A stretch of DNA of 64,000 nucleotides from Selaginella moellendorffii. Taxonomy: Eukaryota; Plantae; Lycopodiophyta. This document shows, one piece after another, positions 13,457 to 25,703 of the stretch. The notes beneath the pieces were generated by a model. The model made no database searches and was not told where the DNA came from. It worked only from the letters and a program-made list of their open reading frames with translations. The stretch spans positions 532,527 through 596,526 of the forward strand of contig NW_003314270.1 of the NCBI RefSeq assembly GCF_000143415.4, written 5' to 3'. The position numbers were made by a program, and so were the translations under genes. How positions within the stretch are numbered: the first letter of the stretch is position 1; every line of letters begins with the position of its first letter.

Positions 13457-13664
13457 AATGCCCCTGAAACATTGTAAGGCTCGTGTGGTCTCATGTGGTG
13501 TCCGATCGAGATGCTTCTTTGCAGGGTCATCAAGAAAGACATTGTATACCATTCTTTATTTAGCTGAACATCTGGCATTTTTGGAAATACAAGATGCTTT
13601 GGAATATCCAATCATGCATGGTATAAATATAACGAGGGTATTAAATGATATCCCAATCATGATC

Positions 13665-13970
13665 TTTCTTTTGGATTTCGCGTGCATGCAGTCCGAGGAA
13701 TGATGACGTTGCGGATTTCTTTTGGATTTCACATGCATGCATGCGCGCGGCGATCCAGAAATTAATGGTGGTGCCCAAGTCCGAGGAATGATGACGTTGC
13801 AGGATTACCAACCGTCGTGACATTTCGTGCGTGTGAGGTTAGGTTTTGCATCGTACTCGCGCTCGCATCGCGCTCCCACTCGCGATCACGCTCACATTCG
13901 CGCTCATCTACCTTCTCTACAGGTTTCTCGTGTGCATCGGCGTCCACTCGCGCTCGCATCGCGCTCATGT
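13665..13970. promoter_or_regulatory. Direct-repeat region upstream of the host gene (possible promoter)
   Basis: AGTCCGAGGAATGATGACGTTGC x2 (13690-13712, 13778-13800); TTTCTTTTGGATTTCRCRTGCATGCA x2; ACTCGCGCTCGCATCGCGCTC x2. Confidence 0.4.
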
Positions 13971-15099
13971 GCATCAGCGTCCACTTCAAGACACACCCAG
14001 TTTGTAACTTCGCCGCCAACTCCGCCGCCCACTCCGCCACCCACACGCAGCCCACTTGGCGTCCCGGGAGATTTCAGTGCCACTCTCCAACTGTAAGTGG
14101 CAGAGTAGCCTTGTTGCTACGATCCGCTGCACACACAGTGCACATTCGCCAGCGAGTCCGGCCTCGATTGTCACGCCTCAATTCGGCTTCAAATGGTAAG
14201 TCTTTTAGGCCAAGTAGAAAATGGCATGAGGCCACATGCCATTCAGTAGCAATATTGGCATGCACCGATTGGGCTCTCGAGTGCAGTCCGGTTACAGATG
14301 GCGTGTAGCCTCACGCCATCTTAGGATGCAGCCTCAAGACATCTGATGCAGTGGTGAATGGCGTGTGGCCTCACATTATTTCCAACTGCTAGCTTTTCAT
14401 CTGTCAGCTCTAATTGTTGTGCATTTCTGAACAGGCGAGGAATTGCGTTCTTCTTCCAGCCACTATCAATGTGGATGCAGAGAAGGGGGAGGAGCTCATC
14501 AGTTGGACTTTCGGGATGGAAGGCGAGGATCTGAGGCTGTACAACACAGATGGTGGGAGAAAAGAATGCATGGGGATCCTCATCCAAGTGACAGACACTC
14601 CATGCAATTCCATGCAAGAATATGGACTGGCACTTGTGGTAGAGACAGCGTCCGCCTTCAAGATCCACCTTGCACATCCTAGCGGCTTCCCGGAGGGGGG
14701 CAGCGGCTATGAGGAATTCCTAGAGGGAGCTAGGGAGAGGTTGTCCAGGAGGCCCACAATTTCAAAGACGCTGCGGGACTATGAAGATCACATGGAATCC
14801 ATGGACCTCACCTACGGCGATGTTCAAAAACTATATTCCAACATTGAGCCATTGAGAGTGCCTCCAGTTCGCGAAGCGAAGGGGAAGGGGGTCGATCTGG
14901 AAACTACCCCGAAGCAGAAAAGGGTGGTCAAGCTCAAGCCGACGTCCGACTCTCCTGCTCCAAAAAAGAAGCTACTCGGTGATGCCATTGCCTCGGGTTT
15001 GAACACTACACCCACCAAAAAGAAGAGCCACAAAGAGCAGAAAGAGCAAGAAGAGGCAGCAAAAATCGTCGCAGATAATAGTACTTGTTACTATTCCAA

Positions 15100-15560
15100 C
15101 AAAGTATATACAATCAACGTGAGCCGTATCGACATCCAAAGCAAATACAACCACATGCTAGTATTTGATGAGTGGGTGGAGAAACTGAAGCAGAAGATGC
15201 TAGCAAGTCCAGTAACACTCGACATCGCAAACGTGATCCCCTACTACCGAACAATGAAGGGCGAGACGAGGTTTCCAGACTTGATCAATAGGAAGGTGTT
15301 GGACGATCAGAACATCTGGTTCTATACCGTCTCCGGGCAGCATTCTAGCTTGGCAATGCAAGAGATAGTTGTGGATATTATGGTGGGTGAGGAGGTGAAG
15401 AAAGTCTTCAAGACAAGAGTTGTCCGCCTGATAAAAGGCAACTCGCCCCTCCGATCTATCATATACATCTCCCACGCGCAGAATGTCAAGCAAGAAACGT
15501 GTTACAAATCGGGTCTGCACGAGACATTGGCACGAACACGGAAGCTCTGGGTTCAACTGA
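15100..15560 (+). CDS. ParB/Sulfiredoxin-like domain of the host gene
   Basis: INVSRIDI..N..VFDEWVEKLKQKM...FYTVSGQHSSLA...VRLI...ISHAQN follows the ParB/DGQHR motif order (hydrophobic strand-GxHx-xxA, later xN). Recognised by eye. Confidence 0.6.
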
Positions 15561-16299
15561 AGAAGCCACAAAAACCAAGACAAGGACGTGCACTAGCAAC
15601 TAGCGCTTGGCAGGTAAGCCTCGTTGCATGTGGCATAGCATGTGGCCTTACGCCATTTCCATTGCAGGAATTCTCGAGTCTTCTCTCGAAAACACTGGGG
15701 GTCAATGACACACTCAACATCCATAACATTCTACTCGCGACAAAAGTTGTTTTTGACAAATGGGTAGATGTGCTGAGGAGGTACCATGATGGGGAGTTGC
15801 TAAACTCAATGGGTGTGGAGGACGGCCGGAAGCCCAATGATTTGAAGCTCAACGCCTTGCGTTTCTCGCTGTCTCTAGACGACGATGACCTTCTGACAGT
15901 GGCTAATGCTCTTCTACGTGGTGAGGTAGTCTTCAACAAGACCAAAATGACTCCCGGCCATATTGTGACATACGAGGACTTGTGCACGACTCTGAGAGCT
16001 CGTGCACTATTGAAGGATTGGATCCTCGAGCAAGTGGCCGTGGAGAGGGTGAGCATCAACACTACGCAAGAGATGATGGAAGAGCTGGAGTTGTCAAATG
16101 AAGACATTAACGAGTACGTGAAGGGGGCCCCCAAGTTCATCGATCTGCTGCGGGATGCCACGAAAAGTAAAGCTGAGAAGTTGGATCAGTATCCAAATTT
16201 CATTAAGAGGGATGTCGACCGCCGGCTTCAGAAACAGCTCGACCCCGCAGCAGAGGCCTATCGAGAACCTTACCGGGTATACGTGAATTCGAATGAGGA

Positions 16300-16940
16300 T
16301 CAAAGGTGGAGGAGCATCGTTTCCCGCGGAGATGAGCAGGTCAAGAACATCTTTTGTGTGATGGACTTCACAAATGAGGAGATCACTCATGCAGACGAAG
16401 TCAGCTCCATCATTGACTTAATGGTGGGACTTGCGGAGGTGGAATCTTCAGTCCACTATATGATCTACGACTCCGAATCCTATCACAAGTTCTGGAAAGC
16501 CTTGAACGAGGTGAAGGCTCAGTTGAAAGGCAAGGAGATGCGGGAGATCCATGGGATAATGGTTAAGAAGAAGATACCGACGAATGTCTGCATCTTCACA
16601 CTCGCCCTTGTTATTGGTCCTGCAGCAGAGTGGGACTGGAGTGACTTCTCAGCTTCGTTCGACAAGGCCAATCGAATTGATCTGAGGGAGGTCAATTTAC
16701 CCGTGCCTGAGGAACTGAAGACGGCTATGGAGCTTTTGAATCCAGAGAAAGCTCCAGGTGCAGCATGGGAAATGCTCAGCTGGGTCTTCAACGCAATAGC
16801 GGGTGGGTCACCTGCTTCCGACTCCAAGGGCAAATGCATTGTCGAGTACAACTGCGGCGGACTATTCTTTCGAGCCGCACTACTCAAGGGTGTCCCGTGT
16901 GTAGCGGTGACAAACTCCATTGAAGAGGTGACTTCAATGG
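16300..16940 (+). CDS. Degenerate beta-class N6A/N4C DNA methyltransferase-like domain
   Basis: FCVMDFT lies at the position of motif IV (hhhDPPY). LNPEKAP..EMLSWVF..GKCIVEYNCGGLFFRAALLKGVPCVAV resembles HPxxKP..L..GD.VLDPFxGSG...AA..GR..IG. Confidence 0.45.
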
Positions 16941-17216
16941 AGCATATAATTACAGTTGCCAAAGAAAAACAGTATCTTCTCTGCGAACCTGGTGAGTACG
17001 CACTTTAAGTTTAAATGTTATGTCACAAGCTCTGTATGCAGGAGCGTGGCCACCCCCAGATGCTGAAACGGCGTTAACAGCTACTGTTGAAGATACCCAT
17101 GTTGGGCCGAGCTCACAACCTGCACAAGGTAAGGTCACGTGAGGCCTCACGCCATTTTGATTATAGATCGTTGTGAATATTCAGACATGAGGATTGAAAA
17201 GCACACTGGTGGCGTG

Positions 17217-20200
17217 TGTAAGAGACTAAATTTTCCATTTTACTTTAGTCACTTAACCACATGTCTGACCACTTGGAGGAGTCTCATTGACAACCTCCAT
17301 AAGTCCAACTCAGGACTTGGGGCTTGCTAGCCCTGAGAATGGCATCCATGCCACTCAACCTTAGCACTTGGTCCAAGTGCTCCACGTGTCCGATCCCATG
17401 ATCGACACCCCAAGGTATCACCGACGTACCGGCCCGTTACGCTAAGGCCATGCCCATTTACCTTGGTCACACTAGTGGTCCAACACCACTTGCATCTCCG
17501 TCTTGGCCCTCCAAGACTAGGCAAACCATCCGTGAGTGGTCATCTCAGATCCACTCCTTAGCATCCTTAGGATGCCCACCGACAAGGGGAATAGCCTTCC
17601 CCAATATCCCTCTGTCAGTCCCCACTAAGTCCCTTTCTGCCCCTGGCCGTGTTTGCCAACACTGCCACTGGATCGAGACCCACAGGCCCGACCACTTAGT
17701 CCTACGGTCCTCTAGGACTTCCTCACCACACGACTGTGTCCTTGGTCACTACCCCAGAGGACTGCTCCTCTTCCTTTCCACAGTCTGGGCCTTTGGGACA
17801 ACATTTCGGAACACCGTGGCCTTACGCGAGCCACCTAGGTACTCTCCTCGCCTTCTGCCCTTGGGTGCTCTAGCCATGGGCTTAGAGCGGGTTCCATTGA
17901 GCCACACCAGGTATCCAAGTAGGTAGTGCCACCCACACTTGGACTAGGAGCATCGGCCAGTCGATCTCCCGGGGGAACTAGAGCCGGCTCTTGAACACTT
18001 CACCAAGCTACCCCGCTTGTCGGTCCGTGTTCACTCTAGTCTTGGACTTCCCAGTGGGCATCTCATCACCCAACACTGGGTCCGGCCTTCCTGGGCCAAA
18101 CTGGCCTTTCCTGGCCAAACTGGCTCCACTGCAGTCCTCCCCCTACTATACTTTTGGAGCTCACCAAACCCCCCAGGGTCTGGGAGACGAACGCTTTGGG
18201 CTTTCACCCTCTCAGGCTCCGGACTCGGACTCGGACTCGGACTCGGATTCGGACTCGGACTCGGACTCGGGCTTGGGCTCGGTCTCGGCCTTGGTCTCGG
18301 TCTCGGTCCCGATCTCGGTCTCAGTCTCGGTCCCGATCTCGGTCCCGGTCTCGATCTCGACTTCGGACTCCATCTCGGACTCCATCTCGGACTCCATCTC
18401 GGGTCCATCTCGGGTCCATCTCGGGTCCATCTCGGACTCCATCTCGGACTGCATTTCGGGTCCATCTCGGACTCCATTTCGGGTCCATCTCGGGTCCACC
18501 TCAGACTCCACCTCGGACTCCATCTCGGACTCCATCCCGGGTCCATCTCGGACTCCACTTCGGACTCCAACTCGGGTCCATCTCGGGTCCACCTCGGACT
18601 CCATCTCGGACTCCATCTCGGGTCCATCTCGGACTCCACTTTGGACTCCAACTCGGGTCCATCTCGGGTCCACCTCGGACTCCATCTCGGACTCCCACGT
18701 GTCATGTGTTGGTCCTTTTGGGTCCCTTTTTGGAGCCTCACCTTTTGCTCGCTTCGTGCTCGTTCCTCGAGCACTTTGTTGGGAGTTCTACTCCCGCTCT
18801 TGATTTTTCAAGTCGGAGCTTTTGGTCCAAACGTGTTACGCTCGTTTGGCTCTCGCTTCGGCCACTACTATGTGGCGCCCTTCCGGCTCCACTTTGGGGC
18901 CTAGGGATTTTGTGTCTCACAACTCCACCACCCATAGACGAAGTTCGATGTCCTCATCGAACGGTAAACCCTTTCATAAAGTAACACCCACACGTGTTAC
19001 CATTTCCATCCTTGGCACCTAGCCAATCTTTGTCTATGGTTTGACATCAAAGGCTCACCATGCCTTGTCCATCCTTTAAGGAGCGTAGTCTCTCCAACTT
19101 AGAGACTGATTGGACCATATGTAATGGTTCTCTCCTTTTATTGGTTTAGTTCTCACTAAACCTTTTAGAGACCCTTCTCTAAGTCAATCCCACTACTCCT
19201 TCTCGAGTAGTCTCAATTTCCATCGATATATAACCTTTGCACTTTGGAACTTTGAATTTTGACTTCTTGGAGTCAATTTCCTAGGTGTCTCCAACACCTT
19301 GCATTGCACAGTTTGTGCGACTCCACTTCCCTATCCTAGGAAGTTCATTACTTGAGGGCACCATCATCCTCTCTTCTATTTCGTGCCACCTTGGGCACTA
19401 AGTTCCATTTATCACACTTTGTGCTAGGGTTGTCCATCGCCCTATCATTTGGCTACCTTACCGCTCCCTCCCTTGGAGCTTCCACTTTCGCCAAATCGGA
19501 GTAATTTGGAATCCCTCCTTGGAAACACACTTCCTTTCCCGCAACTTGTTAGCGTCCAACACATTAGTGTTCCTCGCCTAACTTTGTCACTTGGATTCCT
19601 TCCAAAGGATTCCACGGCCCTATCTTGGCCACTCATCTTTTGCTCCTATCCGTTGATTGTTGCACGAAGAAACATCGAATCTCTACCTCCCTCCTTGAGG
19701 TATTGTTTCGGTTCCATAGCAAAGACTCTTCTTTGCCAAGTCCGGAGGATGTTCACCCCTAGTACGTCTCTTTAGCATCTTCTGCTATGGGCTCTATCCA
19801 CGGCCCAACTTCGTGACCCTCCCATGGGTCTTTTATAGAGACTACTTTCCTCGGACTCACTATGCCATCGCACGGACATAGTTTATTTCCCTTAGGTGCT
19901 CTTCCCACTTGGTTATTACGACCAAGCCACACCACCTTAAACAGTTCAATTTCAACATTTTGAACCAGGAGCTTCATTCCTTAGCCAACCAAGGACCTTG
20001 TCCTTTTCTGGCCATAAGATCACCTAGTGATCTCACCTTGGCACCTTAACAGAGTTGCCAAGAGGTACTTGGGTTTCTAGACCTCCAAGTTGTTGACTAT
20101 AACCCCGGGGGCATCCCCCACACTTGGCGGTGCACCCAAGCTAGCCCTTACGGCCAAGGGTTCATAGCAACTGAGATTAGGTGTCCCCATCTCACTCACC

Positions 20201-23200
20201 ACGACCTTGGTGCCACTTGCACCAAAGTGTTCAAGTTAGATATGCTGAGCTTTCACACTAAGCAATCTAACTGTGCATCACGACTCCGAGGCATCCCTCG
20301 CTTGGCGGTGTGCCCAAACCAGTCTCCCCACTGAGAGTCCATGACCACCGAAATATGAGTGTCCTCATATTCCAAACCATCACCACGCCCTAGTGATTTG
20401 GGACTCGAACCCAAGCACTAGAGGGTCGGGACTCGAACCCAACCTCCGTATATGCATCTACGGACGGCATCACACTAGATGCCTGGCGTGACTCCCCACG
20501 CCGGTGCACCAACCTCTTTTTAAAGCGCACTACAGATCACAGCTTAGGAACCTAGTTCCTCCACACTGCCAAGTCCTCTCACTTGACATGTCTGTGATCA
20601 TGCATGGACTCCTCCATGCTCGGCCCCCTGGCCCACCCTTTTTGAAGATATCACCTTCAACTAGGGTCTTTGTTCCCCCGACGTGCCAATCTCACTTGGC
20701 AAGTCCTCCGACCATTGTAACATGGTTCCTGCATAAGCGTGAAAGTCCTTGACCATCGACTTTCGTTCAAAGCCCTTTCTTTGAACACTCGGGAACTACT
20801 TCCCTAACCTTGATAACCTTGCCTCATGGCAAGCTTCAAGACCACGCTTCTGCTGCGCCACTCTGATTTTGCGCGTTCCATGAACCATTTACACTTGGCC
20901 TTTCTAGGTACTACGCTACCTAGAATCGTCTTTGGGAACCTTGAAGGAACTCTGTCCCTCAGCTTGCTAAGGCCTCCCCTTTCGCAAGCTTTATAGTTGC
21001 CATATAGTCTAACATGGACAATTCCATATTTTAGACTCTCCATGGCATCATGGTTGCTAACAACAACATCCTCGAGCACTCTCTTTATTCTCCACTCCCA
21101 ACTTTCATAACCACTGTTGGATATGCCCTTTGATTCCTATGGTTCAGTTCCATCCCAACACTACTTGCCTTTGGCTTCACACCTTTCCTTCGGTCATTCT
21201 CCTCCAGACCAGGAGGATAGCTTTGCACTTTCTATCATGCCTTAGCAAGTATTCTTAGGGATGAACCTACCCAATAGCCCAAGGAGTGGTTCCTCAATCC
21301 GGGTATGCTCAGCTTATAATCCCACACACTGGGGTTACATTGTTGCTTATGGGCCTTTACATGCCCATCACTAGCCTTGCCAAAATTCCAATTTTGGCTT
21401 TGTCCAACTTGGGTAGACAGTCCTCTCCTATCTTCGCAACCTTGAACATTTGGATAGCACCTTCTATCCATCATTCACTAGGGACTTAGTCCCTTGGGCT
21501 TTATCCATTGCCCTCGCAACATCAAACACCACCTTCTGGTGTTCTAAAGTGTTCAGGTGTCCCAATGATGGCTTTCTTGACAATGAGTATTTCCTTTTAT
21601 GACATTGACTTACTATATCGCAACATAAGCAACTTATCCCCCGTAAGGGTATATCCGACTTCCCTATACTAGAAGTCTTGGGTAGCTACCTTCTACCCGT
21701 TTAACCAGTTATTTTGCACCTCTTGCTTAGTTGCCTCATAGTTGTCAAGTCCTACAACTCATTGCTTGGTGCTTTCACACCTCCATCACTATCTGGGTCA
21801 CCACACTCCAACTGCATGCTCTACAGCTTAGGCTATGCCATTCCCATTTCCATTGGGATTCCTTTGGCAAGGGGTTCTCATGAACCCACCAACATAGCCT
21901 CAAGGTATCACACCTTGGCACATTTGGTGTCTCCACACCATCGGCTCCACGAGCCTACCTCTATGACATTTCCCTTCGTGTCTAAGTCTTTGCCAAGACC
22001 AACACCGCTCTTTCTCATGCCAACCATCCGTTAGCACTGCCCCATAGAGGTCACACACAACTTTATGTCAAAGTTGTTTTCTTCTGGGAACACCTTTCCC
22101 ATAACTTTAGCATGGCACATTTTGCCATTGATGAGATACTCTCTATTCTCATCCTTGGATCCTATGATCCCCCCCCATCCTTTGTGGGGTACAACGCACC
22201 TCAGTCCAAATGCTTCATTCAGTCCTTTTTAGGACCATCCCTTGACTCTACTTGAGTCGTCTAGCAGTTTTGGACTTGGTTAATCCACCGACCCGTAAGG
22301 TCCTACTTGTGAGGCACTAGCTCACTGGAATACACATCTTGCATTCCGGTCCTACTCAAAAGGACTATTTTCACAAGTGTTACTCCGACACTTGATTTTG
22401 TTCTCTGGGGGCAACCTTTGCCCCTTAGGACTACTTGTCCATGTGATGAGAATACCAACTCATCCACTTAATACACCCCCAACTCCTTGGGTTGTTCCAG
22501 CATTTATTAGAGGTAACCCCGGCTACCATTTCAAGGACTTGAGTCCTCTTCCGTATTTGACCTTCCACGGTCATTACCTTTGGTCTCACATTCATGAGCA
22601 CCAACCTCAACTATATGAGGATAATCTTGTGACTCCTTTATTGTTTTGGAGTCTCTATCTTTCCCGTGATCCCAACTTTAGTTGTTTACCACAACAACCT
22701 AAGACAATTTGCTGAGACAAATGCTCATCTGGATCACATCCTCAACTCAATGAGGAAAACCTTGCACTGTTCCCAAGATCCCAAAGTCGTTCCATTATTG
22801 GCCCTTTTCTATCCACCACCTCGTCTACAAGTTCACACATGAACTGTAATGGAGAGCCATGTCTTCCAGACTTGCTACTCCTCAAGGATAGGCCCACTCC
22901 TCGGACCTTCCGATGCCAACACTAGTGGTGATATACTTGAGCACCAATAAAAGTCGGACTAAGGAACAGCTCCGATACCAAATTGTAAGAGACTAAATTT
23001 TCCATTTTACTTTAGTCACTTAACCACATGTCTGACCACTTGGAGGAGTCTCATTGACAACCTCCATAAGTCCAACTCAGGACTTGGGGCTTGCTAGCCC
23101 TGAGAATGGCATCCATGCCACTCAACCTTAGCACTTGGTCCAAGTGCTCCACGTGTCCGATCCCATGATCGACACCCCAAGGTATCACCGACGTACCGGC

Positions 23201-24817
23201 CCGTTACGCTAAGGCCATGCCCATTTACCTTGGTCACACTAGTGGTCCAACACCACTTGCATCTCCGTCTTGGCCCTCCAAGACTAGGCAAACCATCCGT
23301 GAGTGGTCATCTCAGATCCACTCCTTAGCATCCTTAGGATGCCCACCGACAAGGGGAATAGCCTTCCCCAATATCCCTCTGTCAGTCCCCACTAAGTCCC
23401 TTTCTGCCCCTGGCCGTGTTTGCCAACACTGCCACTGGATCGAGACCCACAGGCCCGACCACTTAGTCCTACGGTCCTCTAGGACTTCCTCACCACACGA
23501 CTGTGTCCTTGGTCACTACCCCAGAGGACTGCTCCTCTTCCTTTCCACAGTCTGGGCCTTTGGGACAACATTTCGGAACACCGTGGCCTTACGCGAGCCA
23601 CCTAGGTACTCTCCTCGCCTTCTGCCCTTGGGTGCTCTAGCCATGGGCTTAGAGCGGGTTCCATTGAGCCACACCAGGTATCCAAGTAGGTAGTGCCACC
23701 CACACTTGGACTAGGAGCATCGGCCAGTCGATCTCCCGGGGGAACTAGAGCCGGCTCTTGAACACTTCACCAAGCTACCCCGCTTGTCGGTCCGTGTTCA
23801 CTCTAGTCTTGGACTTCCCAGTGGGCATCTCATCACCCAACACTGGGTCCGGCCTTCCTGGGCCAAACTGGCCTTTCCTGGCCAAACTGGCTCCACTGCA
23901 GTCCTCCCCCTACTATACTTTTGGAGCTCACCAAACCCCCCAGGGTCTGGGAGACGAACGCTTTGGGCTTTCACCCTCTCAGGCTCCGGACTCGGACTCG
24001 GACTCGGACTCGGATTCGGACTCGGACTCCGACTCGGGCTCGGGCTCGGTCTCGGCCTCGGTCTCGGTCTCGGTCCCGATCTCGGTCTCGGTCTCGGTCC
24101 CGATCTCGGTCCCGGTCTCAATCTCGACTTCGGACTCCATCTCGGACTCCATCTCGGACTCCATCTCGGGTCCATCTCGGGTCCATCTCGGACTCCATCT
24201 CGGACTCCATCTCGGGTCCATCTCGGACTCCATCTCGGACTGCATTTCGGGTCCATCTCGGACTCCATTTCGGGTCCATCTCGGGTCCACCTCGGACTCC
24301 ACCTCGGACTCCATCTCGGACTCCATCCCGGGTCCATCTCGGACTCCACTTCGGACTCCAACTCGGGTCCATCTCGGGTCCACCTCGGACTCCATCTCGG
24401 ACTCCATCTCGGACTCCATCTCGGGTCCATCTCGGACTCCACTTTGGACTCCAACTCGGGTCCATCTCGGGTCCACCTCGGACTCCATCTCGGACTCCAT
24501 CTCGGACTCCATCTCGGGTCCATCTCGGACTCCACTTTGGACTCCAACTCGGGTCCATCTCGGGTCCACCTCGGACTCCATCTCGGACTCCCACGTGTCA
24601 TGTGTTGGTCCTTTTGGGTCCCTTTTTGGAGCCTCACCTTTTGCTCGCTTCGTGCTCGTTCCTCGAGCACTTTGTTGGGAGTTCTACTCCCGCTCTTGAC
24701 TTTTCAAGTCGGAGCTTTTGGTCCAAACGTGTTACGCTCGTTTGGCTCTCGCTTCGGCCACTACTATGTGGCGCCCTTCCGGCTCCACTTTGGGGCCTAG
24801 GGATTTTGTGTCTCACA
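17217..24817 (-). mobile_element. Family B non-coding LTR retrotransposon copy B1; LTRs 17217-18921 and 22984-24817
   Basis: TG..CA termini; TSD GCGTG at 17212-17216 and 24818-24822; minus-strand PBS TGGTATCGGAGC (22969-22980); purine-rich tract GGGTGGTGGAGT before the 3' LTR; no long internal ORF. Confidence 0.95.
18218..18695. repeat. Compound minisatellite in the family B LTR: (GACTCG)n, (GGTCTC)n, (GGACTCCATCTC/GGGTCCATCTC)n; also at 23985-24590, 41780-42250 and 47577-48025
   Basis: Directly visible tandem 6-mers and 11/12-mers; array structure differs among the four LTRs. Confidence 0.95.
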
Positions 24818-25284
24818 GCGTGTCGAAGAAGGACAAACAGACAAGCAATAGGAAAAAAGGAGGTACAAATTATATTTGCAATGGCGTGTGGTCTCATGCC
24901 ATTCCTTGCAGGAGACATTTCTTCAAAGGCAAAACAGGCAAGCACCAGCCAAGCTCAAACTGACAGTGGTCATAAAAAGCGAAAGCACTTTGGATAGTCG
25001 TCGGGATCAGAGGCGTTTGATTAGAAAAGGAAGAAGGGCAATGAAAAGATGATAGGTAATGCCTCACGGTTATGGCATGTGTGCTCATGCCATTCATTGC
25101 AGATCAAGGGCTGAGTGAAAGCAGCCAGTCACCACCTCCTGACTCAGATTCCTATGGCGGACTCCCCTTCCCCAATCTCAATGGAGAGGTACAATGGATG
25201 AGGGATGTTTTTCAAGTCAGGGCCACGTTTTTCTCATCTCGTCGTCTTCGAAGGGTGTGTCAGGAATCCCCCAATTCTTGCCAC

Positions 25285-25382
25285 ATTCCTGACTCTCGAG
25301 ACACTTCGCTATTCCTGACTCTCGAGACACTTTCCTATTCCTGACTCTCGAGACACTTCCCGATTCCTGAGTCTCGAGCCAC
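25285..25382 (+). repeat. 26-bp tandem repeat (ATTCCTGACTCTCGAGACACTTYCCT, ~3.8 copies) in U3 of the element C LTR; also at ~30432-30529
   Basis: Directly visible; no spacers between units. Confidence 0.9.
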
Positions 25383-25703
25383 ATTCTTGATGATGATGTG
25401 GTGCCTCCTCGACCTCAGCTATATTTAGGCCGTCCTCGATCCAAGAGTGGTGGAGCTTCATCAACCTATAGTATATATAGGTTAGCCTTGTTCCATTTCT
25501 CCACAATCTGAATCAACACCAGTCTAAGGCTTCTTCTTTGTTTTCACTAGCTTTTTCTCTTTGTCTTTAGCATTTTCCAGTCTTGATCTTGTTGGGGGTC
25601 TTGACAGTTTGATTCAGATTGTGGTTTTTGCTTTTCTTTTAGCTCGCTTTGATTATTTGATTGCCTTTGTCTTTTTCCCCCTTTCTTTTCTTTCTTCTTG
25701 CCA

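Noticed and set aside
3371-13611. Many 60-135-aa ORFs recurring in family A LTRs and internal regions
   Set aside because: They recur only because the DNA is repeated; they are broken by indels or stops between copies and have no recognisable domains.
14414-17008. 864-aa ORF as a complete, intronless (prokaryote-like) gene
   Set aside because: It starts at a TTG inside an intron, contains an in-frame 54-bp intron (15614-15667) and ends just past a GTGAGT donor; it is exons 2-3 of a larger gene.
18180-18222. Hammerhead ribozyme (retrozyme) on the B sense strand: CTGAGAG-GGTGAAAGCC-CAAAG..GTC
   Set aside because: Lacks N7 of CUGANGA and G12 of GAAA, stems I and III do not pair, and family A lacks the CTGA part.
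17991-18984. Long overlapping ORFs (RS/GL/SD-rich) in family B LTRs, also near 23.8, 41.5 and 47.3 kb
   Set aside because: Open in most frames on both strands because the minisatellite has no stop codons; not SR proteins.
20398-20470. Genuine tRNA gene or tRNA-derived SINE
   Set aside because: T-arms are present, but I see no acceptor stem, A-box/D-loop or tail/TSD; kept only as a tRNA-like cassette.
20484-20503. GGCGTG-N6-CACGCC in family B as another copy of the host palindrome
   Set aside because: Outer AT/AT arms and the spacer consensus are absent, and it is one of a series of RNA-like hairpins; probably coincidence.
25285-25382. CRISPR-like array
   Set aside because: Head-to-tail 26-bp units without unique spacers, inside a eukaryotic LTR.
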